This document shows, piece by piece, positions 37,641-51,165 of a DNA stretch of 64,000 bases (position 1 is its first letter; the number at the start of each line of letters is the position of its first letter). A program made the position numbers and the translations under genes. The stretch is from contig NC_058368.1 of assembly GCF_018350175.1 (NCBI RefSeq), forward strand, positions 137,208,001-137,272,000. Direction: 5' to 3'. The notes below the pieces were generated by a model that did no database searches, was not told the DNA's origin, and saw only the letters and a list, made by a program, of their open reading frames with translations. The DNA is from Felis catus (lineage: Eukaryota).

Positions 37641-38574
37641 TGGTAGTAACCTAATCTAAAATCAGCACTAGGAGGAGCCCCTTAGTTTTGTTTACCCACA
37701 TCTATTCATTCATTTATACATATAAACTACATATCAAGCACTCTGCTGTATGTTTGAATGCAAGGATGAGCTTCCAAAAAAAAATCATAAACACAACTTA
37801 ATAGGAGATAATCTGATACATAAATAACAAGAATGGTCATAATAATGGATGTAATTGGGCTTCAAGTTTCAGGGTCTAAAAGGTATACTAATTGTAAGAG
37901 ATCTGCCTACTTGGCTATGTGTGACTGTCCCACAGGGCCCTATTTTCATGAAACGCAAAAGTGTGTGCTAAGCATGGGAGATTTGGAGGACATGATCTGT
38001 GTAAAGATGAGAAGCAGCTGTTCAAAGAGAAGAACAATTCTGACCAGAGCAAAGGGCATGATAGTCAGAGTTCTTGAGAAGAGAGATAAAGGGCTTTATT
38101 GCCGAAATCTCTGTAAGAAACCAGAGCATGAAGCCATGCTGCATGAGGAATAGTTCACACTGGGCCCCCTTCCCTGGAGTGGCTGCTGGAGAAATGGGGA
38201 CAGGGATGAGGCAGCCAGAACCACCATGGACAGAGACCCATACCAGCCAGGGCCAAGAGTCAGAGCAGCCCCATGGGGCCACCATCTGGGAGAGAAAATG
38301 CTTTTGTAGCCAGTAGGGCTGTGCTTCTGAGGATCACAGGACATTCCTGGGGACTCCTTAAATTAGTCCCTGAACTTTTCCTGATGCAAATATGTGACTT
38401 TGGGATTATAAAATCTTTGGTTATAATCTTACAACAACCACTTCTCACTTATTAGCTGTGTTATCTTGGACAAATTACTAACCATCTCCAGACTGCATTT
38501 TTTCATTTGTTAAATATGGATAATAGTATCTGTTAGGTGTTAGGATTGCTATGAGGTTTAAAAAGCATGTGGTT

Positions 38575-38691
38575 GGGGTGCCTGGCTGGCTACGTCAGTA
38601 GGGCACACGATTCTTGATCGCGTTGAAAATTCAAGCTCAGTGTTAGGTGTAGAGATTACTTAAAAATAATAAAAAATTCTTAAAAATAAAA
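38575..38691 (+). mobile_element. Short tRNA-like CAN-SINE variant inside a MIR
   Basis: ggggtgcctggctggct...gtgtagagattacttaaaaat; TSD taaaaagcatgtggt at 38559-38573 and 38692-38706. Confidence 0.85.
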
Positions 38692-39989
38692 TAAAAAGCA
38701 TGTGGTAAGTGTTAAAATAATGTTGGCTATGCTTTTATTATAATTGCTGTTATTAGTAGTAGTATTAGTATTACTAAATTTTAGGAAACCTGGAATCCCC
38801 AAAAGTTGGTGAGTAAAGATTAAATTAATACTAGAGACTACTATTAGGATCCAGTTCTCCCCTCAGGCTCTTGTGCCCTGGGAAGCATGGGATAACATTA
38901 CAAGTAAGTACATGGCTTGGGCAATTTATTTAAGCCCCTTGAGCTCACTTTCTATGTAACAGAGTATTAGTAATATCTGCCCTTTGTCCCTCCTGGGGTT
39001 GTTGTGAGGTCCCCTTCCAACAATGGGCACGGAAAGCATTTTGTAAAGAGCTGTTCAAATATCACTGATGTCCAGCTGTCGTTTCTCTCACCAGCTCTGC
39101 CTTATGTAGCTCTTGGGACAGAGAAAACTCATTTTCAGGCTATTTTCAGGTCTGCAAGCTGCAGCTGCTCAGAGTCAATCACTATATGGCTAGAAGGTTC
39201 TATAAGCCACCTGTTAAGGCTGCTGCATGCAGAAGCCTTGGGACAATCTTCCCTTAGCTCCTGACTCGTGTTGCTCAAGGGACCAAAGGTAAATATCTTT
39301 TTCCTACTGTTTTGTTGTATTTACTTCTTGTTGCCTGACTACTTGCCTCTAGCATCAGTAATAGTCTCTAGGCCCTTGAGTATATTTATTTTCCATCCTC
39401 TCCTTCCTTGCTAGCAGCAGCGTTAAGGTGCCCCTAAAGATCCACATTCTGGAAATTATAGCCCAGAAAAGCACTCAAAATACTAGAGTGATAATTTTCT
39501 CCCTTGTGTTCTCATACACTGAATAGTGTGACTCCAGCCCTCAGGACCCAGAAAAACCGACTTGATATCACTGGGCTCACTTTTCTTGCTCAGATGCCTA
39601 CATGCAAAAGGGACAATACTGATTCCCTGAGACGAAAATTAAATCCACGTCAAAGGAAAAAAAAAAAACACTTGAACTTTAAATAACATTTAAATTTTGA
39701 ATTTGTAGAAGAAGGAACATGTGAAGAAGTAAAAAATGCAAGAAGGGAGGTTGTAAGAACTTACAAATTTGAAATATGAGTTAAGGAACAGTAAACCAAA
39801 AACGATGTGTGTTTATATAATTAGAAGGAAACACTGAAGATGATGCATAGCTATTCGGGGGCTTAAAAAAATTACAAGAAGGAAGAACCAGGATGATAGA
39901 AATCGTGGTCAGAGGTGCTGAGAATAGCTGAGAATTTGGAATGGAATACAGATTTGGGGACAGGGAGGGCAGACTCAGAAGTTGCTTCC

Positions 39990-40160
39990 AATCTTTCATA
40001 AAACTGAAAGAAACAGCAGACAGCTGGTCTCCACACAAGGAGGGGCTTAACTTTCAATAGGAGGGATTTAGGATAGACGTTAGAAAATATCTGGGTATAA
40101 GAATTGTGAGAAAAATGTGGAAACTCCATCTCTGAAAGTGTTAAGAATTAATAAGGGTAG
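39990..40160 (+). mobile_element. L3/CR1 3' fragment
   Basis: ggcttaactttcaataggagggatttaggatagacgttagaaaa...gtggaaactccatctctgaaagtgttaagaa resembles the CR1/L3 ORF2 end. Confidence 0.55.
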
Positions 40161-40972
40161 CCACTGTCTTTTAGTATTGGCTTAAGGGCAAACCTGGATA
40201 CCTGAGCTCTCACCAATACCTCCATCCATATGCAACCATGATTCTGTGTTAGGTTTTCTGCACTCCAGTTCCTTCTTTATCATCGTATAATATAAGGAGA
40301 GTCTCTTAGAAGTCTTTGCTATTTTCTGAGTTTATCTGTCCTGAATCAGCTTTTAAATCTAGTCTGCTTCGCTGACCAGCCTCTCAAGTTCTCCTTAAAA
40401 ATGTTTCCCATAGATCTTCAAGGGCAAGAGTCTGTATTTCACTCTGTATCCCTGGTCCACACTGTGCCTGGCACACAGATAGTACTTGATAAAGAGGCCC
40501 CAAACAACTTTCGACTCTGAGAAGTAAAGAAAATCACTACAATAAAATAAAATAAGGGTCATGGAAACAACAGCAACAGCAAAGAGAAATGGATTGATTC
40601 CTGCCTCCTCCACAGAAAGTTGGCTGAAAAGAGCCCTTGACTTTCACCCATAAAAAGGCTGCAGGGCAGAGATCCCAGTAATTCTGCCTAAGTCTTTATG
40701 ACTGCCCATCCTGAAGGGGAGAACTGACACATCAGGAGCTCGGTTTTCTGATTCAGACAACTTTATTGCATTCTTGAACACTCCAATCTGGAATAACTGA
40801 AGTTGCAAGAAGACTGCTAAAGTCCCAGAAAGTGAGTGAACACTGCTCCAACAATAATTGACACAGACCAGCACATACCTCTGGCCTTACCTCTAGACCT
40901 CAGGCCCAGCAAGGACCCCGTCCCCCCAGCACCAACTGCTCGCATATCATCTTCAAGATTTTGTCTTTTCTT

Positions 40973-41186
40973 GGGGTGCCTGGGTAACTCAGTTGGTTGA
41001 GTGTCCGACTCTTGATTTTGACTCAGCTCATGATCCCAGGATTGTGGGACTGACCCCATGTCAGGTTCCACGCTGAGTATGGAGCCTGCTTGAGATTCTC
41101 TCTCTCTGTCTCTCTGTCTCTCTGTCTCTCTCTCTCTCTCTCTCTGCCTCTCCCCCTGCTCACACGCTTTCTCTAAATAAATAAAT
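40973..41186 (+). mobile_element. CAN-SINE
   Basis: TSD aagattttg(t/c)ctt(t/a)tctt. Confidence 0.9.
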
Positions 41187-42114
41187 AAGATTTTGCCTTA
41201 TCTTCATAATATCTGTTCCTGTTCCTTACTCAATATTCATATTCATTACTTAACATTTGTCTTTACATTGTCTTTAAGTCAATCACCTCTGGGTTTTCGC
41301 TTCTAGTGATCCTATGTAATAAGAAATTATGGCTTTATATACTGATCACAGTTTTTTCTAATGTACCTTAAGTTAAACACATAATTTTAAAAATAAAAAT
41401 ATATGTGAATGCACTACCCAGTATTTTCCCCAGTGGTAGGAAATTCAAACAGGGTTAAATTTTACACTATAGCCTAGCCCTTCTCAATTCTTTTTTCCCA
41501 CCAAGATATCCATAGGTGCTATTCACAAGGCCACCATACTCCCACATGAGTGCCTGAACTTCTGGGTAACTTCTAACAGAAAATCTGGAGCACCACTCTA
41601 TTTTTCTCTCATTCAAGGAAGTGTATTAGAATGCAAGTGAATAAAACACAATTATACAGATAACCATGAAATCACAAGTATCTTCCTCACAGAGCTGTTG
41701 AGAGGCTAGAATAGAACAATGAGCATTTAGCATTGTGCTTAGCACATAGTAGATAGTCAATAATTTGTTCCTATTTGTTTACATGAATTATTCATCAATT
41801 TTGATGATTTTTATTCAATTAAAAAAAATTGAGATGACCTCATTGTTCATGGTCACCGTGTCTGAACCCTGGCCACTACTCACACCAACAGGAGTTGCTC
41901 CAAAACGAGTGGTCACAACCCCTGCAAAGAGCACTTTCTGCTAGTCTCCAGGAAATTATTTTTCTATTAATTCATGAGCACCATGAATCCAGATTTATTT
42001 TCTGCTTACATTTGAGCTGAGAAAATTGAGATCCTTATAGTATCTTTTCCTTCTAGAACTTTATCTTATGTCTCCATGTAGAATTATTCTGGCTCTGACA
42101 TGCTAGTGGTTTCT

Positions 42115-42235
42115 TTTTCTTTTTTAAAAAATGTTTATTTATTCTGAGGGCTCAAACCCCACAAACCATGAGACCATGATGTGAGCCGAAGTCAAGAGTT
42201 GGACGATCAACCGGCTGAGCCACCCAGGTGCCCCA
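42115..42235 (-). mobile_element. Internally deleted CAN-SINE
   Basis: Tail joined directly to the 5' half; degenerate TSD gacat(t)gct(a/c)gtggtttct. Confidence 0.8.
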
Positions 42236-42829
42236 GACATTGCTCGTGGTTTCTAAAGAAATCAACAATCACATCATTAAGAAAAATAGGCGCTTATGTT
42301 GGAGATTTACAAGGAATAAAATAGTTACCTCAGCTGCTATCACCACTTGTAATATATGGAATAGGGAAAGATAAACCCCAAAATTGTTATTGTAAATGAA
42401 GCTGCTCTGAGACACAAGCAAACTGTGACCAAGTCTAAAATAGTCATTGTATTCCAAAAGAATATCCATTTATTCTTTTACTAGTTCATTTTGTTGAATA
42501 CATCATTTTTGGACCAACATTTTTTAAAGGCACTGTGATAAAAGCAATAGGGAATACAGAAACATTCTTTTTTATCAAATCATTTACAATTAGCAGGGAA
42601 GACAATACATGTGTAATATGAAGCAACATTAGATAAATGTCTTAACATCTGGCTTCTAACATCCCATCATGAAGATACCCTCAGAGCTTTGGGTTTCTGT
42701 GTTTGTGCACCCACTAGGAATTTTTACTGACTGCTCTAAAGTACCCATGGTTAAGTACTAGTGAGCCAATTAAATTTTGTCTTGGCACAAGGCATCTTCA
42801 GACATAAAGCCAACACATCTCACTTGAGT

Positions 42830-43970
42830 TTTTTTTACAATTTTAAATATGTTGAAGAAAAACAAAGTTAAAGAAAATAACATAACAGGCACCCATATTG
42901 CCATATTTGCATTAGACTTGTCTTTTCAAAAATAATTAAATAAAACATTACCGATACAGCTAAAGCCTCCCTCTGAAACTTCTCCATCCCTTTCTCTCTC
43001 CCCACAGGAGGTAACTACTACAGGGCAGCTGGAATCATTCCCATGTATTTTTCATATTTGTGCCGCATATGCCTAAATCTATAAACAATCTGTGCTATTG
43101 TTTTAAGCTTCAAATTTTACATGAGGGATATCGTACCTTGCATATCATTTTGCACCTTGATTTTTTTCTCAACAATATTTAAGTTTTATGCAGGTAGACC
43201 CCAGTTCATTTGTTATAATTACTTCAGATTATTCCACCATATGAAAAACTGTAGTTTATTCAGCCATTTCCCTACCAAGGGACAGCTTGTTTCCACTTTT
43301 GTTCTGTACAAGCATTGCTCCCTGAATGTCCTTGTCTCCTGACACACGTGTGCATGTGTTTCTCTAGAGTAGCTACACCACAGTGGGTGCTGTATCACAG
43401 GACATAAACATCTTCAAATATACCCAGTATTGCCAAAGTTGCCGCCCAAGGTGACCCTAGCAATTTATACTCCCACTTACAATATAAATAGTAATAATAA
43501 CTCTTTCCTTACATTCTTGCTAACATTAGTGCTATCAGGGTAATTCATTTCTGTGAGTCAGTGGGTGTGAAATAAATTTTGTAATTTTACTTTGCATTGC
43601 CCTATTGCAGAGATGGGCATCATCTTTTTATATGCTCATTACCTTTTGGGAATTTCTTCTATGAATCGCCTGATCATACCATTTGCCCATCTATCCAACA
43701 GGCTATTGTTTTAAAACCTGATTTACAGGAAGCCTTTTTTTTTTTTTACATATTCTGAATACTTATTTTTATATTAGTTACATACTTAACAAATATCTTC
43801 TCCAAGTGTGTGGCTTGTCATTTAATCTTGTTTACGGTCTCATTTATCATAGACTTAGTCCTTAAGTCTAATATAGGCAGAAAGGTCAACCTTTTCCTTT
43901 ATGATTTGTGCTTTTCCTCCTGATTGTCACCCCTTCCCTAATCCCAAGTTCCTTAAAAATATTCTTTTAC
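42830..43970 (-). mobile_element. Old L1ME-like 3' region
   Basis: ggtaactact...tttattcagccatttccctacc...agcaatttatactcccac...caaatatcttctccaagtgtgtggcttgtc. Confidence 0.65.
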
Positions 43971-44267
43971 TTGTACCAAAAGCAGCTGAGTTTTTAAACC
44001 CTGCTTGTTAATGGTTACCATTCTTGGATTGCAGTAGTCCATCACATGAAGGTCTTGGTCTAGAAAGGGGGGAAAGAATGATTCCATATTTCTTGACACA
44101 AGCCTCCACCAGCACCTGGAAATAAATGTAGGGGGTGCTGCACAGCCCACCCTGGCCCATAGGATTCCCCCTGCCCATGTCTCTTTGAGTTGTGTTCCTA
44201 GACTCACGGTCATTACAAAGAATGTTCAGCAGAAAACAGAGCCAGACTCATGTGAACAGTATTTAGT

Positions 44268-44296
<29 letters not shown>
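44268..44296 (+). repeat. Poly(G) run (29 nt)
   Basis: Direct read. Confidence 0.9.
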
Positions 44297-44298
<2 letters not shown>

Positions 44299-46009
44299 GG
44301 AGGGTAGGTACTTCACAGATTCTTACAAGAAACAAGGACCTGCTCAACTCCAGGAAGAGACTGTCCAAGGAACCCTGCTAAATCCACTAAGGCTGCAGCA
44401 TGGCCACGTGCTTTGTTGCAGTAGCATAATCAGTGGAAATTTCTAGACTCGGCTTTACCAGACTCCTAGGTATCTGCCTTTGTAGCAAGGGGCATAAGGT
44501 CTCCAAATGAAATTTCATCTGTTAAGCAGTTGGGCTACCCTGCTTACATCAACGGTTGTTGGGGAAATGGAAGGAGACGGCGTTTAAAACTTCTTTCCAT
44601 TTGGTGGCCTCAACTTCCTCAAGATGATTAGATTCTCAACAGTGAAGATAAAATGCCATGAAGGCAAGACGTTTCCTGAATTTGCAGGTCTGTTGGAAGC
44701 ACCACTCAGGGAAGGACATTATTATTTCAGGTTCCTCAGTTATATCACAACCTTCCTCATCTGCACAGCTGAGAAACAGTAGTACTGCTAAGGTGTGTTC
44801 CATTGACCAGAGACACGTGGTAACAATATTCTCTGGTTCCGAGACAAGCCCACATGAGCAAGATGTCCTCTCAACCCGCCTTGTGGAAAAACCATCCATT
44901 CTCCTACAAGAGAGAAGAGATACCTCATCAGGGAAACTGAGCAGGCCCGCTAAAGAATATTATTCTTTGAATTCCTAAATTCCTGATACTTTGGAAAGTA
45001 TAAAGTGCTCTGCAGGTGTGAGTCACCTATTAGGATTTCAGGACACAACGGAATGGAGAGATCATGTCCTCAGAGGACAGCTTCCAGCATACTCCAGCAG
45101 GCTGGCCTCACTAACGCCATCATTCCCCATCATTCCTCACTAATGCCATCATTCCTCCTCCATTCTGTAGTGACACAGCCTTGCCTAAAGAGATTAAGGA
45201 GAAACTGTATTACACCCAAGGCTGGTCCTTAAATAAAACTCAGTGACAAAAGCATTGGAAACTGGTGCTGGTGTGAATGTCTTCAGTCTGAGTTGTTGAA
45301 AGACTTGTATTCTTTCACTGGGCTCGAGAGAGACAGTGGACTGGAGTATTGGGATTTGATTAATTTTAAGAACACTGGGGATTTTTTTCTCTGAGTATAA
45401 CCAAGCAAGACTTTATTGCATCATTTAGGATGGGAAACAATTTTATGTACTTAAACAAAGAAACGTTGCAGGTCCTGCTTTCTTCTTCAGCTGTTTTGCA
45501 GTGAACATAATTTTCTTGCTGTGTTTATCAGCCTCTAATTTTGTGCTGCTTGAGATGTGTCTTTCTGGCTTCTTTGTCTGGGAACCAGCTTGAAAGGGCG
45601 TCACAGGACAAGTGAAGAAGAGATGTGGTTTTAAAACCTTATTAGGATTCTCTGAGTATAGTTTCCCTTCCTAAAATCCCTTTTTCCCAATTTAGAATCA
45701 ATCATTGTTTCCCTCTAGGAGAAGGTGTGTTTTTTTCATTCTGACCTGTCTAGAATGTAAAGCTTTATGACGGCTGTCAGAATCCTCCCCCTTGTTGAGG
45801 AAAGGAATGATTCCTTCTTTATGTACACCACAGCCTCAGGGCCTCTAATGAATGTAAGGTGAGAAAAGCAACTTCCTGAGAGTGCTTAATATCACATTTT
45901 TCATCCTAAATTCTAAAATTACATCTTCTCCATTGCTCCAAATGTACTATTTTGGTTAATGAACTTTACTTTTTTTTTTTTCCTGATAGTAATCTAGAGA
46001 TGAGGCTTT

Positions 46010-46480
46010 GGCCAGAGCCCTGGAAGTGGAGTCAGAACATCTGGGTTCCAGCCTTGGTTCTTCCACTTATCTGTTGGCAACAGCGCAATTTACAGCTGTG
46101 AGGCAGGAGGTGCTGGTGTCCTGCCTGCTTGCCCGACTCTTCTGCAGGTGGAAAGTAAATGCAGTGGTCAAAAGCACACAGCATGTAGAGCACCATACGT
46201 ATAAGGGACGAGAGACGCAGGATGCTTGAGAGTGAGAAGCACGGGGCCTACAGCCAGGTGCTTGGGTTTGAATCCCATCCCAGCTACTCACCAGCTGTGT
46301 GATAGGACGCAACTTACATCCCTGCTCTGTGTCTTTGTTTCCTCGCCTGTGCCAAGGAGATGCCGATGATGACGGGATCCATACCATAGGGTTGTTGTGA
46401 GAACTCACTGAGTTAGTATCTGGGAAGTACTTTGAACTGTGTCTAGATACATAGTCGTTGCTCAGTAAAGGTCAGCATGA
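46010..46480 (+). mobile_element. Two tandem MIR relics
   Basis: agagccctggaagtggagtcagaacatctgggttcc and ttgggtttgaatcccatcccagctactcaccagctgtgtga...gggttgttgtgagaact. Confidence 0.65.
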
Positions 46481-47914
46481 TAGCAGAGGCTTCCTTCTCC
46501 TTTCTTCTGAGTAGTAAATCAATCATCAAACCTTACCAACTCTCTCAAAAATAGCTTTCTTCCCATTCCCCCTACTCCCAGTTCAGACCTCTATTGTCCG
46601 ACTCTTGGGCCATTGAGCAATGACAATGCTGGGCTCTCTCCTCTCCCTTGTTCTAATCTCTCCTGCACCTGGCACCAGATCACCTCTCCCCAAATGTCAC
46701 TTTGAATCAATTATGCCATGTTTCAAATTCTCAGTGACTCTCAAATACTTACAGAATAATTTTAACACTTTAGACTGTAATTTAAGACATTGTACAAATG
46801 AAACCCACCTTTCTGCCTCTTTCAGCACTCTTAGACATAACCCTCCACCTGAGCAAACCAGTTTTCTCTCATTCTTGGATAGAGCTCTGGATCCATGCCT
46901 CCATGGTGTTGCTTATCCCTTTTCTCTTGCATGAAACAGCCTCCCTCCTTGGCCAACTAATGAGAGGCCATGTGCTTGGTGGTTAAGAGCCCCAGCCTGG
47001 ATGTCTGTCAGACCTCTCCTGGCTCCCCAAGTTCCTGGCCAGGTGACCTTGAGCAACTTTTATTCCTATTCTGCGTGTTTGGCAAGAGCACTCTTACTAC
47101 CGTTAGAGGAAAATCCATTTTACAATGATAATCTATTGATTCAGGAGGTGTTTCATTACTTTTTACTTAATTGATGTTTTACTGTAATGTGCGAACCAGA
47201 ACTCAAAACAGAATTAAAGTTTTTCTTATCTCTGTTGTCCCAATACATTTTCTGTTTTTTGCTAAAGAACATCAGACTCATCAGGAACTTCATCAGGAAT
47301 TGACAACCTTCTTCTACTTACTTTCAAGGCTAATTCCTTTATGCTCTTACTCTGCACAAAGCTAATCTAATTACTCTTCCTCAGGTCACCTGAGAACAAT
47401 GACCCAGCTTTCAGATTAGCCAAAGCAGGACACAGGTGACTCCGCTCTGGGAGGGCGAGGGCTCTGCACCGGTGAGGTTAGGAGTGTCAGCCTCAGGAAA
47501 CCAGCAAAAGCAAAAGTAGAATAAAAGCAAAGAGAAATGACCTAGGCCAGAGAATTGTCAACAAATCAGTCAAGGGGAACATGGAAAGTTTGCTTTACTC
47601 CCCTTCGAATGGAAATGTGACACGGGTAAGACACCACAACAAAGTGGGCCTCAGCCTCGTTCCCCTGCTCTGTTCTCCCTGATAAGTTCCTTATGAGCAC
47701 TGAAAGAGCTTTTTGGCAAAGTTAGCCTCAGTTTAAATGCACTGAAACATGTTTGCCTCAAAGTCTGCCTGTCTTCATGGCTCTGAACCTGGAGTCCCAT
47801 GACAAGAGAACATGGGTCACCCTCAGAGACACTCTCCATCACCCATCTGTTCCTCCATTCACCTCTCTACTCACCCGTATTCTCTACTCTCTTCCTCCAA
47901 ACTGGTCCCCCCTT

Positions 47915-49685
47915 GTTTATGGTTACTACATGATGTTGTATTAGTTTCAGGTATATACAACATAGTGATTTGACAATTCTACGCATTACAAAATGTTCAC
48001 CACAATAAGTATAGTCACCATCTGTGTCCATACAATGGTATTACAGTAGTATTGACTATATTCCCTATGAGGTACTACTCATCTCTGTAGATGGAATGGG
48101 AGCTTTGTACTTTTGAATCCTCTTCATCTGTTTTACCCACCCCCCCCCCACCCATCTCCCTTCTGGCGACCACCAGTTCTCTGTATTTAAGAGCCTGTTT
48201 CTGTTTTGTTTTGGTTTTTTATTTCTTGGTTTTGTTTTTTAGATTCCACATATAAGTCAAATCATATATTTGTCTTTCTCTGACTGATTTCACTTATAAT
48301 ATACTCCAGTCCAACCGTGTTGTTTCAAATGACAAGATCTCTTTCTTTTCATGGCTAAGTAGTATTCCATTGTATATGCATACCACCTCATCTTTATCCG
48401 TTCCTCTACCAAAGGACATTTAGGTGGCTTCCATATGTTGGCTCTTATAAGCCTTGTTGCAATAAAAATCAGGATGCATATATATTTTTGAATTAGTGTT
48501 CTTGTTTTCCTCAGGTAAGTACTTAGAAGTGGAATTGCTGGATCATATGGTACTTTTATTTTAGTTTTTTGAGGAGCCTCTGTATTGTTTTCCACAGTGA
48601 CTGTACCAATTTACATTCCCATCAACAGGGCACAAGGGTTGACTTGTCTCCACATCCTCACCAACACTTGTTGTTTCTTGTCTTTTTGATACTAGCCATT
48701 CTGACCGGTGTGAGGTGGTACCTCATTTTGGTTTTGATTAGCATTTCCCTGATAGTCAGTGATAATGAGCACCTTTTTATGTGTCTGCTAGCCCTCCGTA
48801 TGTCTTCTTTGGGAAAATGTCTTTCTAGGTTCTCTGCCCTTTTTTTATTGGGATGATTTGTGTTTTGGGGTATTGAGTTGTAGGAGTTCTTTATGTATTT
48901 TGGATATGAATGTATTATCAGATTGAGTTGTATGAGTTCTTTATGTATTTTGGATATGATGTACTATCAGATACATCACTTGCAAATATCTTCTCCCATT
49001 CAGTAAGTTTCCTTTTCATTTTATTGACAACTTCCTTTCACTGCGCAAAAGCTTTTTAGTTTGATGTAGTCCTAATTGTTTTGTGTTGCTTTTGTTTCCC
49101 TTGACTTGGGTCACTTATCCAGAAAAATATTGCTAAGGTTGATTTCTGAGAGACTACTGTCTATTTTCGTTTAGGAGTTTTATTCTGTCAGATCTTACAT
49201 TTAGATCTTTAACCTATTTTGATTTTATTTTTGTGCATGGTATAAGATAGTGGTCCAATGTCTTTCTTTTGCTTGTAGCTGGCCAGTGTTCATGGGTTGA
49301 AAGAATTAATATGGTTAAAATGCCCACACTCCCAAAGCAATCTACAGATTCAATGCAATCCCTATCAAAATACTGATAGTGTCTTTCACAGAACTAGAAC
49401 AAAAAAATCAAAAAATCTGTATGGAACCACAAAGACCTTGAACAGCCAGAGCTTGAGAAAGAAGAACAAAGCTGGATGTATCACAATCCCAGATTCTAAA
49501 ATATACTCCAAAGCTGTAGTAATCAAAACAGTATGTTACTGGCACACAAAAGAGTACACCAATCAATGAAATGGATTTGGAAGCCCAAAAATGAACCATT
49601 ATGGCCGATTAACCTATGAGAAAGGAGATGAAAATATACAATGGGGAAAAGATAGTCTCTTCAATGAATGGTATTGGGAAAACTG
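47915..49685. mobile_element. 5'-inverted (twin-primed) L1: 3' part on - (47915-49288), upstream ORF2 part on + (49289-49685)
   Basis: ORF2 relic [18 protein letters not shown] (-) and tgttcatgggttgaaagaattaatat...ggtattgggaaaactg (+) are contiguous L1 segments in opposite orientation. Confidence 0.85.
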
Positions 49686-49799
49686 AGCTCCCCTTCTTTT
49701 TTCTCCCCTCCCTCTTAACCCTTTCCCTTATAACTCCCATTCCAGTGTCTACAAAACACTTCCCAACACCTTCAAATATTTTGCTCTATCTTAGCTCAA

Positions 49800-49975
49800 C
49801 CAATGACTTTCAATCCTGGCTGCACATTAAAAGAACTTAAAAGAAAAAAATGCCTGAACTTCACCCACTGCAGAGGCTGATTCAGTCAGTCTGGGGTCTA
49901 GCCCTGGAACGATTGGCATGTTTGTCATAATCTCCCTAGGTGACTTCAGTGTGCATCCAAGCTTGAGAATAAACA
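49800..49975. mobile_element. MER5-family fragment
   Basis: ttcaatcctggctgcacattaa...gattcagtcagtctgggg...ctccctaggtgacttcagtgtgcatccaagcttgagaa. Confidence 0.65.
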
Positions 49976-50029
49976 GCCTTAACTGAAACCTGGATTCTCC
50001 TCTGCACCCCTTTATCCCCACCCTTATCT

Positions 50030-50300
50030 GCCTGAATAACTTCTATTATCCATCAAGATTCAACTAAAACATCACCTCCTCCAAGAAGGCTTCCCTGGGA
50101 GGCTTAGTGATCTAGGTACCACCCTATGTTCCTACTATGCCCTGTGTATGCTCTGTCATAGCCTTTATGTCCCTGGTCATAGTAACTTCTTACTTTCATG
50201 TCTGTCTACCTCAATAAGCTCTGAATTCCTTAAGAGTAGGAACTGTATCTTCTTCATCTCTGTGTCCCCACAGTGTAACTTATGCAGTGCTTAGCACGTG
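50030..50300 (+). mobile_element. L2 3' region
   Basis: catcacctcctccaagaaggcttccctg...ctgaattccttaagagtaggaactgtatcttcttcatctctgtgtcccca. Confidence 0.7.
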
Positions 50301-50669
50301 GTTGTCATCCAGAGATCCTTGTGAGAGAGCAGGCAGGAGGGAAGAGATTGAGAAGGGAATTTGAGAATGACAGTGGAAAGAAAAATCTCTCTCCCTGTAC
50401 TGTCAGCCTCCGGCTTCCAAGGATAAAATTGATTTTATTTAGCATACTTTGGGGACTATAAGGTAGAGGCAAAGCACACAAAGTAAAAATAGAAGACAAC
50501 TTTCCATTTTTAGAAAAAAAGTAAATTACATAAAGCTAGCCCATATATGGAAAGTATTTTTAAAATATATTTTTGGCGATCTACTAAGGACATTATCATT
50601 CATCCCCAATTTCTGTGCAGTTGGTGACCCAAATCTTCTTTGACATTCTCATTCTGTTTATGGTGGTTA

Positions 50670-51165
50670 TATGGTGGGCATAATAATGCCTTAATAATGC
50701 CTCTCAAAGCTGTGCATATCCCCAAACCCCAACCTTTGAATATGTTACCTTACCTAACAGAATGGAATGTGCAGATGAAATTAAGGGTCTTGAGATGTGG
50801 AGAATATCCTGGATTATCCAGGTGGACCCAATGTAATCACAAGGGTCCTTATGAGTGAAAGAGGGAGTCAGGAGTCTCAGTTATCTGTGTCACTGATACA
50901 GCATGAGAATAACTTGACCATCTGTTACTGGCTTTGAAGTTAGAGGAAAAGCCAAGAAACACGTCTGCAGAAGCTGGAAAGGGCAAGAAAACAGATTTTT
51001 CCCTTAGAGCTTTTAGAAGGAACACAACCCTGTTGATACCTTGACTGTAGCCCAGTGAGGCCTGTTCAGACTGATACCACCACCAGAATAGTAAGATAAT
51101 TTGTTGTTATTTTAAGCTGCTAAATTTGTGGTGGTTTGTTACAGCAGCAATAGGAAACTAATACA
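50670..51165 (+). mobile_element. MLT1D solo LTR
   Basis: gaatatgttacctt...atcctggattatccaggtggacccaatgtaatcacaagggtcctt...tttgttacagcagcaataggaaactaataca. Confidence 0.85.

Noticed and set aside
38575..38691. Possible tRNA gene
   Set aside because: Degenerate A/B boxes, an A-rich tail and TSDs indicate a short tRNA-derived SINE.
44658..44978. 106-aa Ser-rich ORF in unique DNA
   Set aside because: No recognisable domain or supporting gene structure; the length is within chance expectation.
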